From Candidatus Omnitrophota bacterium (GTDB lineage Bacteria > Omnitrophota > Gorgyraeia > JABMRG01), in assembly GCA_013202935.1 (NCBI GenBank), contig JABMRG010000129.1, forward strand, positions 1-36,563: a stretch of DNA of 36,563 bases. The letters are read 5' to 3'. The position numbers were made by a program, and so were the translations under genes. Position 1 is the first letter of the stretch; every line of letters starts with the position of its first letter. The notes under the pieces were generated by a model. It was not told the origin of the DNA. It did not search any database and saw only the letters and a list, made by a program, of their open reading frames with translations. This document shows, one piece after another, positions 7,487 through 16,918 of this stretch.

Positions 7487-8341
7487 GTGAAAAATAGCAA
7501 GCTCATAATCCTCGTTCTTTTTACATTGGCCGCAGTTACATCTTGCGCCCCTACATATACCCGTGAGACAATGGTCGATGGTGTAATAGGGATGTGCAAG
7601 AAAGAGTATGGGGTAGATGTAGAGGTAAAGGTCGAGGGTAAAACCCTGGGCGTACGCATTCCACTTGAGGGGCTCTTTGATAAGGAGACACTCCAGCCTA
7701 CTCCTGAAGCTTTTAAGAAAGTAGATGGTGTTATGCTTAGTGTTTCACGCGTAGTATTGAGCAGTGACAAGTCGATAGACTTTCACACTGTTATTACTTA
7801 TGATAAGGGTGTGCCCGGAGTTGAACTGGTTATAACCAGGTATGCAAAGGACCTTAGGCGTTTTGTTTATGGAGATATATCACGCGGTGAATTCACTAAA
7901 CGGATGTTTTATGATTTACGATACAATCCGCAGGGAATAATAGATGCATGGCTTGGTGCTTTTACATTGAAAGAGGTAAAGCCCGGTGACTTTATAATAG
8001 ACCAGGCAACCCGTAGGATTACTGAGGAATTTAGAGATAATGAGATGCTCATCGGAAAGTTCAAATTAGCAGCATGTGAAGGCAATCTTGAAGCAGGTAG
8101 GCTCAAATTTACAGTTGACATAACAAGGGAAGGCCTTCCTATGAGTGAGCTTATACATGGTAAGGCTTGGCATGATCAGGTATTGGAGTTATGCCTGCAA
8201 AAGATTTCATATACAGTGCATGCTTATAATTTTAAGGATTACGAGGTAATAGAAGTTTTTAATAAATTCGACAATAATAGAGTAGAAATAGGCAAGAATG
8301 AGATCAACAGGTGGCGAAAAAAGGGAGTAAAAATTGATTAA
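7487..8341 (+). CDS. Lipoprotein of unknown function
   Basis: The GTG at 7487 lies 1 nt after the ftsH-like TAG stop. It gives (M)KNSKLIILVLFTLAAVTSC, which is a basic n-region, a hydrophobic core and a lipobox Cys. I recognise no family. The track start at TTG 7463 lies inside the ftsH-like gene. Confidence 0.75.
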   Translation: MKNSKLIILVLFTLAAVTSCAPTYTRETMVDGVIGMCKKEYGVDVEVKVEGKTLGVRIPLEGLFDKETLQPTPEAFKKVDGVMLSVSRVVLSSDKSIDFHTVITYDKGVPGVELVITRYAKDLRRFVYGDISRGEFTKRMFYDLRYNPQGIIDAWLGAFTLKEVKPGDFIIDQATRRITEEFRDNEMLIGKFKLAACEGNLEAGRLKFTVDITREGLPMSELIHGKAWHDQVLELCLQKISYTVHAYNFKDYEVIEVFNKFDNNRVEIGKNEINRWRKKGVKID

Positions 8342-9287
8342 CGAAGATAAATCAACTTGGAAAGCAACCAGAGATGGTTATGGAAAAGGCTTACTAAAGT
8401 TAGGCAAAGAACATAAGAATACAGTTGTATTAAGTGCTGACCTTACGGAATCTACACGCGCAAACTGGTTTAAGGATGAGTTTCCGGAGAGATTCTTCTC
8501 ATTTGGTGTGGCAGAGCAGGATATGATGTCTACAGCTGCAGGGTTTGCCCTATCAGGCAAAGTGCCTTTCTGCTGCACATTTGGTGTTTTCGCTACAGGA
8601 AGGGCATGGGAGCAGATAAGAGTATCTGTAGCTTATATGAACCTGAATATAAATATAGGTGGTACACATGGAGGCCTCCTTACTGGAGGTGACGGTGCAA
8701 CTCACCAGGCGTTAGAGGAGATAGCCCTTATGCGCATACTTCCCAACATGAAAGTCATTGTTCCTTGCGATATGATAGAGGCAGAAAAAGCGACTATTGC
8801 CAGTTATTATACAGATGGCCCTGCCTATCTTCGCCTTGGAAGAGAAAAACTTCCCATTCTTACTAATGAGAATGATAAATTTGAGATAGGTAAAGCCACA
8901 ACCATAAAGGATGGCAAAGACCTTACTATAATAGCCTGTGGAGTAATGGTATATCATGCGCTTAAGGCTTCAGAGGAGTTGGAGAAAGAGGGCATAAGCG
9001 TTCGTATAATAAATATACATACAGTAAAACCTATCGATAAGGAAGCTATAATAAAAGCTGCAAAAGAGACCAAGGCTATAGTTACTGCAGAAGAGCACCT
9101 TCTAGCAGGTGGCATGGGAAGCGCTGTTTCAGAGGTCTTAATCCAGGAGCACCCTGTGCCCGTTAGGATGGTAGGTGTTGATGATAGGTTTGGTGAATCG
9201 GGCACACCATGGGAGCTTATGAAGCACCTCAAGCTTATGCCAAACGATATAGCCTTAGCATGCAAGAGTGTGCTTCGTAAAAGATGA
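8334..9287 (+). CDS. Transketolase, C-terminal (pyrimidine-binding) subunit
   Basis: Motifs FFSFGVAEQDM and GGTHGGLLTGGDGATHQALEE are present, along with a C-terminal domain. The TTG start has an AAGGGAG SD and overlaps the lipoprotein stop by 8 nt. Confidence 0.92.
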   Translation: MINEDKSTWKATRDGYGKGLLKLGKEHKNTVVLSADLTESTRANWFKDEFPERFFSFGVAEQDMMSTAAGFALSGKVPFCCTFGVFATGRAWEQIRVSVAYMNLNINIGGTHGGLLTGGDGATHQALEEIALMRILPNMKVIVPCDMIEAEKATIASYYTDGPAYLRLGREKLPILTNENDKFEIGKATTIKDGKDLTIIACGVMVYHALKASEELEKEGISVRIINIHTVKPIDKEAIIKAAKETKAIVTAEEHLLAGGMGSAVSEVLIQEHPVPVRMVGVDDRFGESGTPWELMKHLKLMPNDIALACKSVLRKR

Positions 9288-10141
9288 GATCCATAACTCT
9301 CAATGGACCTGCCAAGATTAATCTATATCTTGATGTAATAAACAAGCGCTCAGACGGCTTCCATAACATTGTTACCATATTCCAAAGAATTAATCTATAT
9401 GACAGCATAAAGGTATCCATTATACCAAGAGGAGTAGTGTTTAATTGTTCTTATCCCCACCTTCCTAAAGGGCCTGCAAACATTGCTTTTAAGGCAGCCC
9501 GTCTCATGATAAAAGAGTTTAACTTGAGTAAAGGAGTGAGGCTAGCTTTAAAGAAAAGGATACCTGTAGCAGCAGGCCTTGGCGGTGGAAGTTCTGATGC
9601 TGCTTCTGTTATATTGGGAATCAATAAGCTGTTTGGGCTCAAAGCAACTCCCGGGCATATTCTAAGGCTCGCAAAAACAATAGGCGCAGATGTGCCATTT
9701 TTCATATCAGGCTATAGCTGCGCAGTTGGTAGAGGTGTAGGAGACAGGCTTAAAGAAGTAAGCAACAGTTTGTCTTTTTATATACTCCTATTAATACCAA
9801 ACATAAGAGTATACACTAAGACTATATATAATAGAGTGAGATTACCATTGACAAAACCGGCTGTGAATGTTAATATATTAGCCCGCATTTTAGCAGGCAA
9901 ATGCAAGGATGAAGCTCTAGCCTCATCCCTTTACAATAGATTTGAGGAGATAGTTCTTCCCTTATACCCTATTATAAAGAAGGCAAAGGAAGAGATGTCT
10001 TTATATACAGACAGGGTGCTGCTTTCAGGAAGCGGGCCCACTATCTTTGGTCTATTTAGCGTAAGAAAGGAGGCGATAGAGGCGGCAAAAAAGATAAGAA
10101 GGGAAGGTAAATGGCAAACAGTCTTAACCAAGGTTGTTTAG
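9284..10141 (+). CDS. ispE: 4-diphosphocytidyl-2-C-methyl-D-erythritol kinase
   Basis: Contains APAKINLYLDV and the GHMP-kinase motif PVAAGLGGGSSDAA. It overlaps the upstream gene by 4 nt (ATGA). Confidence 0.92.
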   Translation: MRSITLNGPAKINLYLDVINKRSDGFHNIVTIFQRINLYDSIKVSIIPRGVVFNCSYPHLPKGPANIAFKAARLMIKEFNLSKGVRLALKKRIPVAAGLGGGSSDAASVILGINKLFGLKATPGHILRLAKTIGADVPFFISGYSCAVGRGVGDRLKEVSNSLSFYILLLIPNIRVYTKTIYNRVRLPLTKPAVNVNILARILAGKCKDEALASSLYNRFEEIVLPLYPIIKKAKEEMSLYTDRVLLSGSGPTIFGLFSVRKEAIEAAKKIRREGKWQTVLTKVV

Positions 10142-10174
10142 ATTCTTCAAGCAGATGGAAGGAGTATTTGTAAG

Positions 10175-10684
10175 ATGGATATTACAGAAGTAAGGATATT
10201 CAAGAGAAACTCAGAGGATAAGAAACTGAAAGCATTTGCCACGATCACATTTGACAACTGTTTTGTAGTAAGAAATATTAAGGTAATCGAAGGCAATAAA
10301 GGCCTTTTTGTAGCTATGCCTTCTCGTAAAATAAAGGAAGCTTGCCCGAAATGCGCCTTTAAGAATCCGGCAAGGAGTAAATATTGCGGCCAGTGTGCTA
10401 CTGCCATGCCAGCAGCACCTCCGCCTGCAACTAGTGATGATAGAAACCAGCGTCAGTCAGAACACAGAGACATAGCTCATCCTATTACTGCAGAGTGCAG
10501 AGAGATGATACAGAAGAAGGTCCTGGAAGCATATGAGGTAGAAGAAGATAGCCCAGCAGTCCAGCGGCCAGCTCCAGAAGCTACACCAAGCCACAAGCCT
10601 CCAGAAGCTACACCAAGCCAGGAGCCTTCAGAAGCTACACCAAGCCATGAGCCTTTTGATGCTACAGATGTAGATGTAGGATAA
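10175..10684 (+). CDS. spoVG: SpoVG-family protein with an internal zinc-ribbon insertion and a C-terminal Pro/Thr/Glu repeat tail
   Basis: The SpoVG core is split in two: MDITEVRIFK...KAFATITFDNCFVVRNIKVIEGNKGLFVAMPSRK and ...RDIAHPITAECREMIQKKVLEAYE. A roughly 45-aa insert carrying CPKC-x10-CGQC separates the halves. The tail reads PEATPSHKP/PEATPSQEP/SEATPSHEP. Confidence 0.85.
   Translation: MDITEVRIFKRNSEDKKLKAFATITFDNCFVVRNIKVIEGNKGLFVAMPSRKIKEACPKCAFKNPARSKYCGQCATAMPAAPPPATSDDRNQRQSEHRDIAHPITAECREMIQKKVLEAYEVEEDSPAVQRPAPEATPSHKPPEATPSQEPSEATPSHEPFDATDVDVG
10574..10654 (+). repeat. Three tandem 27-bp in-frame repeats within spoVG
   Basis: The three units are CCAGAAGCTACACCAAGCCACAAGCCT, CCAGAAGCTACACCAAGCCAGGAGCCT and TCAGAAGCTACACCAAGCCATGAGCCT. 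Confidence 0.95.
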
Positions 10685-10695
10685 GTTTATATAGT

Positions 10696-10769
10696 TGGCG
10701 GATTGTGTAGCGGTAGCACAACGGCCTTTGGAGCCGTCAGGGGTGGTTCGAATCCACCTCCGCCAGCCA
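10696..10769 (+). tRNA. tRNA-Gln (anticodon UUG), CCA encoded
   Basis: Hand-folded. The acceptor stem is TGGCGGA/TCCGCCA with U1-A72 and a G73 discriminator, typical of bacterial tRNA-Gln. D stem is TGTG/CACA. Anticodon stem is ACGGC/GCCGT with loop CTTTGGA. T arm is GGTGG-TTCGAAT-CCACC. Confidence 0.9.
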
Positions 10770-10812
10770 GATTGCCAAAGTAGCCGTATATTTAACTTTA
10801 TAGGAATCTCTT

Positions 10813-12069
10813 ATGGATAAATGTTCATTTTGTGGAAGAAACAAATCCAGAATAAAGAAGCTCTTTAGCGGTCCAGGTGTATATATCTGTGACAACTGTA
10901 TACGTCTCTGCTACCAGATATTAACACGCCAAGACCAGAAGGGCCAGAAAGAAGCACAGCCTTTCATGAATATGAAGGAGCTGCCAAAACCCGTATCTGT
11001 CAAGAAGCAGCTCGATCAATATGTAATAGGACAGGAAAGGGCAAAGAGGCAGCTCTCTGTTGCAGTCTACAACCACTATAAGAGGCTTGTCAATCGGCCT
11101 GGTTCAGACGCTTCGGATTCCGATGTAGAATTGGAAAAGTCCAACATGCTTCTTATAGGCCCTACAGGAAGCGGAAAGACTCTTCTTGCCAGGACCCTGG
11201 CGAAGATACTGAACGTTCCCTTTGCTATATGTGATGCCACACCCCTTACAGAAGCAGGGTATGTTGGAGAAGATGTAGAGAATGTCCTCTTGAGATTATT
11301 ACAGAGTTGCGATTATGACCTAAACCGCGCTCAATACGGTATTATATATATAGATGAGATAGATAAGATAGGCAAGACTCAAGATAATGTTTCAATAACA
11401 AGAGATGTATCCGGTGAAGGGGTACAACAGGCCCTTCTCAAGATAATAGAAGGGACCGAGGCCAATGTTCCACCACAGGGCGGCAGAAAACATCCCCAGC
11501 AGGAATATATAAAATTAGATACCTCAAACATACTCTTTATATGTGGAGGAACTTTTAGTACCTTAGAGAAGATTATAGAAAAAAGAATCGGCAAAAAAGA
11601 GATAGGTTTTAATGTTAAGGCAGCTATGGCCTCGAGAGAGAAGCTATTAGGCAAGTTGCTTGAACAGGTTGAGCCTGAAGATCTTCTAAAATTTGGAATG
11701 ATACCCGAGTTTATAGGAAGGTTTTCTGTAATATCTACACTTAATCCTTTGGGAGAGGAAGATTTGATAGAAGTGCTTACTAAACCAAAGAATGCGCTGG
11801 TAAAGCAGTATATGAAGTATTTTGATATGGAAGGCATAAAACTTAACTTTGAAGAAGAGTCTTTGAAAGAGATAGCAAAGCGTGCTATTAAAAAGAAGAC
11901 AGGCGCACGGGCACTCCGTTCTATTCTTGAGGATGCGATGCTTGATGTGATGTATGAGATGCCTTCGCAGAGTGAAGTAAGCGAGTGCGTTGTTACAGGA
12001 GAGTGTATACGTAATAAAGAGAAGCCAGAGTTGATACGCAAGCCTCCTAAAAAGAAGAAAGTCGCATGA
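10813..12069 (+). CDS. clpX: ATP-dependent Clp protease ATP-binding subunit ClpX
   Basis: The N-terminal zinc finger is CSFCG...CDNC. Walker A GPTGSGKT, Walker [19 protein letters not shown] and the sensor regions are present. No clpP lies adjacent. Confidence 0.95.
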   Translation: MDKCSFCGRNKSRIKKLFSGPGVYICDNCIRLCYQILTRQDQKGQKEAQPFMNMKELPKPVSVKKQLDQYVIGQERAKRQLSVAVYNHYKRLVNRPGSDASDSDVELEKSNMLLIGPTGSGKTLLARTLAKILNVPFAICDATPLTEAGYVGEDVENVLLRLLQSCDYDLNRAQYGIIYIDEIDKIGKTQDNVSITRDVSGEGVQQALLKIIEGTEANVPPQGGRKHPQQEYIKLDTSNILFICGGTFSTLEKIIEKRIGKKEIGFNVKAAMASREKLLGKLLEQVEPEDLLKFGMIPEFIGRFSVISTLNPLGEEDLIEVLTKPKNALVKQYMKYFDMEGIKLNFEEESLKEIAKRAIKKKTGARALRSILEDAMLDVMYEMPSQSEVSECVVTGECIRNKEKPELIRKPPKKKKVA

Positions 12070-13391
12070 GCCCCAAACGAAAACATAAAAAGAGCAACCC
12101 CGAAAGTTCGTCCGGGATGAAAAAAACATCTGCTATAATACTTGCTGCTGGGAAAGGTATACGCATGAGATCGCCTATGCCAAAGGCATTATGCGCACTT
12201 TCTGGCAAACCTATGGTACATTTTTTGCTTAAGGCGGTTAAGAGAACCGGGGTCAAATGCCCGGTGGTTATTGGTGGCTATAAGATAGAACTACTAAAAA
12301 AAGCCTTGGCAGAAGAACAGGTAAAGCTTATAAGGCAGAAGAGGCTTCTTGGTTCAGCAGATGCTGTAAAATCAGCTAGTAACTATTTTAAAAATTTCAA
12401 TGGCGATATCTTAGTCTTATATTCTGATACCCCCCTTATAAGGGCTTCTACAATAAAAGGCATGGCCAAGAAACATAGTTCTTCAAAAGCAGTTGCGACC
12501 ATACTTACAGTAGTAACAGATGACCCAAAAGAATACGGCAGGGTTATACGAGACGATAATAATATATGCGGCATAGTTGAGCATGCAGATATTAAAAATT
12601 CAAAATTAAAAACTCAAAACTCTAAGATTGAAATCAATGTTGGCGCATATTGTTTTAACTCCAAAAAGCTCTTTGAAGGATTAAAAAGAATAAAGAAGAA
12701 TAAGAAAAAGGGCGAGTTTTATCTTACAGACATAATAGCCTATTTTTATACTCAGGGCTATAAGATAAACTCTTATGCAACAACCGATATAGATGAGGCG
12801 CTTGGTGTAAATAGGAGAAGTGACCTTATCGATGCAGAGAAGATTTTGAGAAGAAGAACCATTGAGCACTTAGTAGATATAGGGGTTACGATAAAAGATC
12901 CTGCAAGCACATATATTGATAGCGGGGCAAAGATCGGTAGAGATACGGTCATATATCCTTTTGTAGTCATAGAAGAGGGTGTTCTTATAGGAGCAAAATG
13001 TAAGGTAGGGCCCTTTGCACACCTGAGGAAGGGAACGGTCTTAAAAAATAATTCAGCAGTAGGAAACTTCGTTGAGGTTGTCAGGTCAAAGATCGGCAAA
13101 GGCTCCAGAGCCAAGCATCATACATATCTTGGCGATACAATAATTGGCAAAGATGTCAATGTTGGCGCCGGAACAATAACAGCAAACTATGATGGCAAGG
13201 CCAAAAACAAAACAGTTATACACGACGGCGCATTTATAGGAAGCGGGACTACGATAGTAGCGCCTGTCAAGATAGGAAAGAGGGCTATGACAGGTGCCGG
13301 CAGCGTTGTTGTGAAAGGCAAAAATGTGGCACCAGGCAGCGTAGTGGTAGGCGTGCCTGCAAAACCGTTAATTAAAAAAAAGAATAAATAG
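12066..13391 (+). CDS. glmU: Bifunctional UDP-N-acetylglucosamine pyrophosphorylase / glucosamine-1-phosphate N-acetyltransferase
   Basis: Contains the nucleotidyltransferase motif [12 protein letters not shown] and C-terminal left-handed beta-helix hexapeptide repeats. The start is ambiguous: ATG 12066 overlaps the clpX stop and adds a basic 17-aa extension, while ATG 12117 gives [14 protein letters not shown]. Confidence 0.9.
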   Translation: MSPKRKHKKSNPESSSGMKKTSAIILAAGKGIRMRSPMPKALCALSGKPMVHFLLKAVKRTGVKCPVVIGGYKIELLKKALAEEQVKLIRQKRLLGSADAVKSASNYFKNFNGDILVLYSDTPLIRASTIKGMAKKHSSSKAVATILTVVTDDPKEYGRVIRDDNNICGIVEHADIKNSKLKTQNSKIEINVGAYCFNSKKLFEGLKRIKKNKKKGEFYLTDIIAYFYTQGYKINSYATTDIDEALGVNRRSDLIDAEKILRRRTIEHLVDIGVTIKDPASTYIDSGAKIGRDTVIYPFVVIEEGVLIGAKCKVGPFAHLRKGTVLKNNSAVGNFVEVVRSKIGKGSRAKHHTYLGDTIIGKDVNVGAGTITANYDGKAKNKTVIHDGAFIGSGTTIVAPVKIGKRAMTGAGSVVVKGKNVAPGSVVVGVPAKPLIKKKNK

Positions 13392-13415
13392 ATCACCAAA
13401 GCAAGGAGAAGCGGC

Positions 13416-14423
13416 ATGAAAGACACAGATGGCCTCGTCATATTTTCCGGAAATACTAACCCGAAATTAGCGCAGAACATTTGTAAAGCCCTTAAGGTTT
13501 CTCTCGGCGATAGCTTAATCTCAGAATTCAGCGAGGGAGAGATAAAGATCCAGATCAGGCAGAATGTAAGGGGAAAAGATGTTTTTGTTGTACAGCCCAC
13601 AGCCCCTCCTGTAAACAAAAGTGCGATGGAACTCCTTATTATGATCGATGCGCTAAGGCGCGCATCTGCAAGGCGCATTACAGCGGTTGTTCCTTATTAT
13701 GGTTATGCAAGACAAGATAGAAAAGACCGGCCACGTGTGCCTATTACAGCAAAACTCATGGCTAATCTTATTACCACAGCCGGTGCTGACAGGGTTTTAA
13801 CAGTTGACTTACATGCAGGACAGATTCAGGGCTTTTTTGATATACCGCTTGACCATCTCTTTGCTGTTAATACATTTGTAGATTATTTTAAAAAGAAAAA
13901 AATTAAAGATATAGCGGTTGTCTCACCGGATGTAGGAGGCATTAAGATGGCCCGCGCCTATGCCAAAAGAATGCATGCCGGTCTTGCAATAGTAGACAAG
14001 AGAAGGCGAAATGATGTGGATGCAGAAGTTATGCATATCCTGGGTGAGGTCAAAGGCAAAAACGTAGTTATTGTAGATGATATAGTGGCAACAGCAGGTT
14101 CATTGACAGAGGCCATCACCGCCCTTAAAAAGAAAGGCGCAAAGCAGATCTTTGCAGCCATAACCCACCCGCTACTATGCGGGCCTGCTATTGAGCGTTT
14201 AAGGAAACAGGGCGCATTAAAAGAACTGGTCGTCTCTGACACCATACCCATACCAAAGGAAAAGCTCCTGCCCAATATTAAGGTGCTATCTATAGCGTCT
14301 TTGTTGGCAGATGCTATATACAGGATCCACAAGGAAGAGTCTATAAGTATATTGTTTAAAGCACCAGGAAATAAGAAAAATAAATCCGACACGGATGATG
14401 ACGAATATTTTAAACTAGGATAG
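13416..14423 (+). CDS. prs: Ribose-phosphate pyrophosphokinase
   Basis: Motifs VVPYYGYARQDRK, DLHAGQIQGFF and VIVDDIVATAGS are present. A C-terminal extension of about 20 aa follows. Confidence 0.93.
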   Translation: MKDTDGLVIFSGNTNPKLAQNICKALKVSLGDSLISEFSEGEIKIQIRQNVRGKDVFVVQPTAPPVNKSAMELLIMIDALRRASARRITAVVPYYGYARQDRKDRPRVPITAKLMANLITTAGADRVLTVDLHAGQIQGFFDIPLDHLFAVNTFVDYFKKKKIKDIAVVSPDVGGIKMARAYAKRMHAGLAIVDKRRRNDVDAEVMHILGEVKGKNVVIVDDIVATAGSLTEAITALKKKGAKQIFAAITHPLLCGPAIERLRKQGALKELVVSDTIPIPKEKLLPNIKVLSIASLLADAIYRIHKEESISILFKAPGNKKNKSDTDDDEYFKLG

Positions 14424-14436
14424 GAGAGAAAATCAT

Positions 14437-15159
14437 ATGGAGAAAGTCATACTGAATGCTGAAACCAGACAGGAACATGGTAAGCAATTTAACAAAAAAC
14501 TGAGAGCAGAAAGCATAATCCCCGCAGTTACTTATAAAAAAGGCAAACATACTCTGCCACTTAAGGTAGATGGTAAAGAGCTGTTTCACATTTTGCATAC
14601 ATCAGCAGGAGAAAACGCAATAATTACCTTAAAGATTAAAGACGCTGATAAAGGCGAAACTAAAGATAAGACTGTAATTATCAAGGATATACAATACGGC
14701 CCTATAAAAGGCAATATCTTACATGTGGATTTTCATGAGATATCACTAACCGAGAAGATTACTGTAAACGTTTCTGTTGAGGCAAAAGGAGAAGCAGAAG
14801 GAGTTAAGGTCGATGGGGGAGTGCTTGATCATCCTATAAAAGAGATACAGATAGAGTGCTTTCCTACGCAGATACCTGAAAAAATAGACGTGCATGTAGA
14901 GGAATTGAAGATAGGAGATTCGATAAGGGTAAAGGATCTTGAGGTTCCTGAAGAAGTTACTGTTCTTAGTGACCCAGAGCAGACAGTTATTTCTGTTATG
15001 GCACCACGCGTAGAAGAAGTAGTAGAAGAAGAAGTAGTAGAAGGAGAAGCCCAGGAGCCGGAAGTTATAAGAGAGAAGAAGCCTGAAGACGAAGCAAAGG
15101 AAGCAGAAGGTAAAGAAGCTCCACCTGAGCCTGAAGCTAAGCAGGACAAAAAAGAATAG
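14437..15159 (+). CDS. rplY: 50S ribosomal protein L25 / general stress protein Ctc, with an acidic C-terminal tail
   Basis: An L25/Ctc N-terminal domain (LRAESIIPAVTYKKGK...) and a beta-barrel domain are present. The tail is E/V/K-rich and low in complexity. Its position between prs and pth is conserved. Confidence 0.88.
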   Translation: MEKVILNAETRQEHGKQFNKKLRAESIIPAVTYKKGKHTLPLKVDGKELFHILHTSAGENAIITLKIKDADKGETKDKTVIIKDIQYGPIKGNILHVDFHEISLTEKITVNVSVEAKGEAEGVKVDGGVLDHPIKEIQIECFPTQIPEKIDVHVEELKIGDSIRVKDLEVPEEVTVLSDPEQTVISVMAPRVEEVVEEEVVEGEAQEPEVIREKKPEDEAKEAEGKEAPPEPEAKQDKKE

Positions 15160-15166
15160 ATTCAAA

Positions 15167-15730
15167 GTGAAACTAATTGTTGGCCTTGGCAATCCAGGCA
15201 CAAAATATATAAATACACGTCACAATGTGGGCTTTCGTGTAGTAGATGAGCTTGCACAAAGGCATAATACAAAGCTGAAAAAGAAGCTCTTTGGTAACGC
15301 AAAAGAAGCACAATTTAAAAAATATGGTGAAAAATGTATCCTGATTCAGCCTTACACTTTTATGAACTTATCAGGGAGCTGTATTAGGGGATACATAAGA
15401 AAGCTTGACATAACGCTTGATAATATACTTGTTATATGTGATGATATAAACCTTCCGCTTGGCACAGCAAGAATAAGACCAGATGGAAGCGCCGGTGGCC
15501 ACAATGGCTTAGAATCAGCAATAAAGGGTTTGGGGGGTAGCGTATTTCCCAGGCTCCGAGTAGGCATAAAACCAGAGGCGGAAATAGACGATCTTTCTGA
15601 TTATGTTCTCTCTGATTTTGAGTCGGATGAGATTGGTATAGTAAAAGAGTCTATAGTAGAAGCTGCGGATGCCTGTGAATGCTGGATCAGAGATGGCATT
15701 GACAAGGCGATGAATGTGTACAATCGCTAA
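15167..15730 (+). CDS. pth: Peptidyl-tRNA hydrolase
   Basis: Contains KLIVGLGNPGTKYINTRHNVGF and GGHNGL. The start codon is GTG. Confidence 0.93.
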   Translation: MKLIVGLGNPGTKYINTRHNVGFRVVDELAQRHNTKLKKKLFGNAKEAQFKKYGEKCILIQPYTFMNLSGSCIRGYIRKLDITLDNILVICDDINLPLGTARIRPDGSAGGHNGLESAIKGLGGSVFPRLRVGIKPEAEIDDLSDYVLSDFESDEIGIVKESIVEAADACECWIRDGIDKAMNVYNR

Positions 15731-15733
15731 AAC

Positions 15734-16078
15734 ATGGAGGAGACATTGAAGAGCTACGAAGGGTTATTGATCTTAAAACCAGACCTTGAAAAAGAACAAC
15801 TACAGGATATTTACCAGAAACTGCAAGAGAATATTAAGAAACATAAAGGAGAAATAGAGGGTGCGGATGAACTGGGTAAAAAGGCCCTAGCATACAAGAT
15901 TGGTAAATTTAAAGAGGGCATATATTATCTTACCAAGCTTAAAATAGAGCCAAGCCAAATTAAGGCTCTTGGCTCAGATCTAAAGCTCAATGAGCATGTT
16001 TTACGGTTTATGTTTACCCAGCTCTTTCCAGGTGCTGCAAAAAAGAAAGTAGAAAGCGCTGGGTCTACAGAAAACTAA
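15734..16078 (+). CDS. rpsF: 30S ribosomal protein S6
   Basis: Has S6-like sequence (YEGLLILKPDL...) and sits in the conserved order rpsF-ssb-rpsR-rplI. Confidence 0.9.
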   Translation: MEETLKSYEGLLILKPDLEKEQLQDIYQKLQENIKKHKGEIEGADELGKKALAYKIGKFKEGIYYLTKLKIEPSQIKALGSDLKLNEHVLRFMFTQLFPGAAKKKVESAGSTEN

Positions 16079-16095
16079 AAGAGAAGGGTAAAAAG

Positions 16096-16581
16096 ATGGC
16101 TAATTTTAATAAAGTTTTATTTATGGGTAATCTGACACGTGATCCTGAATTACGCTACCTTCCTAATGGTACTGCTGTTACTAGTTTTACAGTTGCATCT
16201 AACAGGGTTTATACGCTACAGACGGGTGAGAAGAAACAGGAGGTTGCGTTTATGCGGGTTATAGTCTGGGCAAGAAGAGCAGAGACGTGTGGTGAATATC
16301 TCAGCAAGGGATCTTCGGTTTTTGTTGAGGGAAGGCTGCAGACAAGGACATGGGAGGCCCAAGACGGACAGAAGAGAAGCGCAGTTGAGATTGTTGCCGA
16401 CAATGTTCAGTTTCTTGGAAGGCCAAGGAAAGAGGGCCAGCCTGTCACAGCCGAAGGAAGCAAGAATGGACAGCAACCACTGGACATAGTACCAGATATA
16501 GATTTGCCCCCTTCGGGGACTTTGCCTCCGGGTAACACTGCAAAAGGAGATACGCAAGGACGCGATGAGGTACCATTCTAG
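16096..16581 (+). CDS. ssb: Single-stranded DNA-binding protein
   Basis: Contains the OB-fold start NKVLFMGNLTRDPELRYLPNGTAV, a Gly/Pro/Gln-rich linker and the acidic tip DEVPF. Confidence 0.93.
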   Translation: MANFNKVLFMGNLTRDPELRYLPNGTAVTSFTVASNRVYTLQTGEKKQEVAFMRVIVWARRAETCGEYLSKGSSVFVEGRLQTRTWEAQDGQKRSAVEIVADNVQFLGRPRKEGQPVTAEGSKNGQQPLDIVPDIDLPPSGTLPPGNTAKGDTQGRDEVPF

Positions 16582-16615
16582 TATTTAGTTTATTAAAAGA
16601 GAAGGGATAAGAGAT

Positions 16616-16900
16616 ATGCCAGTTAAAAGAACAGGAAAGTTTGGAAGAGACAAAAAAGGCCCTATGCGGCCCAGAAGAAACATGAGATTTCGCCTCGGGC
16701 CCAGAGGCTGTAGGTTGTGTAAGGATAAGAGCATAACGATTGAGTATAAGAATGCAGAGCTGTTAAAGCAGTTTATAACTGAGCAGGGTAAGATAACCCC
16801 AAGCCGCATATCAGGCAACTGCGCATCACACCAGAGAAAAATCGCAAGGGCGATAAAACGTGCACGCACTATGGCGCTTCTACCCTTTGTGGCAGAATAG
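16616..16900 (+). CDS. rpsR: 30S ribosomal protein S18
   Basis: Contains [50 protein letters not shown]. Confidence 0.93.
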   Translation: MPVKRTGKFGRDKKGPMRPRRNMRFRLGPRGCRLCKDKSITIEYKNAELLKQFITEQGKITPSRISGNCASHQRKIARAIKRARTMALLPFVAE

Positions 16901-16918
16901 ATAAAGGAAACAAATAAT

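Noticed and set aside
7363-7770. 135-aa ORF on the - strand across the ftsH-like/lipoprotein junction
   Set aside because: It is an antisense shadow. Its F/K/S-rich low-complexity N-terminal part derives from the E/K-rich FtsH tail.
10574-10654. CRISPR-like array (regularly repeated 27-bp units)
   Set aside because: The repeats are directly tandem with no spacers, in-frame inside spoVG, and only three copies long. They are a coding tandem repeat, not a CRISPR array.
11379-12129. 235-aa and 147-aa ORFs on the - strand inside clpX
   Set aside because: Both lie fully antisense to an unambiguous clpX. Both are Ser/Leu/Phe-rich low-complexity translations, typical of the reverse frame of a Lys/Glu-rich gene.
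13187-13678. 163-aa ORF on the - strand across the glmU/prs junction
   Set aside because: It is antisense to two confidently identified genes. It has no motifs, and it would require overlapping both coding regions.
15010-15050. GAAGAAGTAGTA tandem repeat
   Set aside because: It is in-frame low-complexity DNA coding for the acidic EEVVEEEVVE tail of L25/Ctc. It needs no independent explanation.
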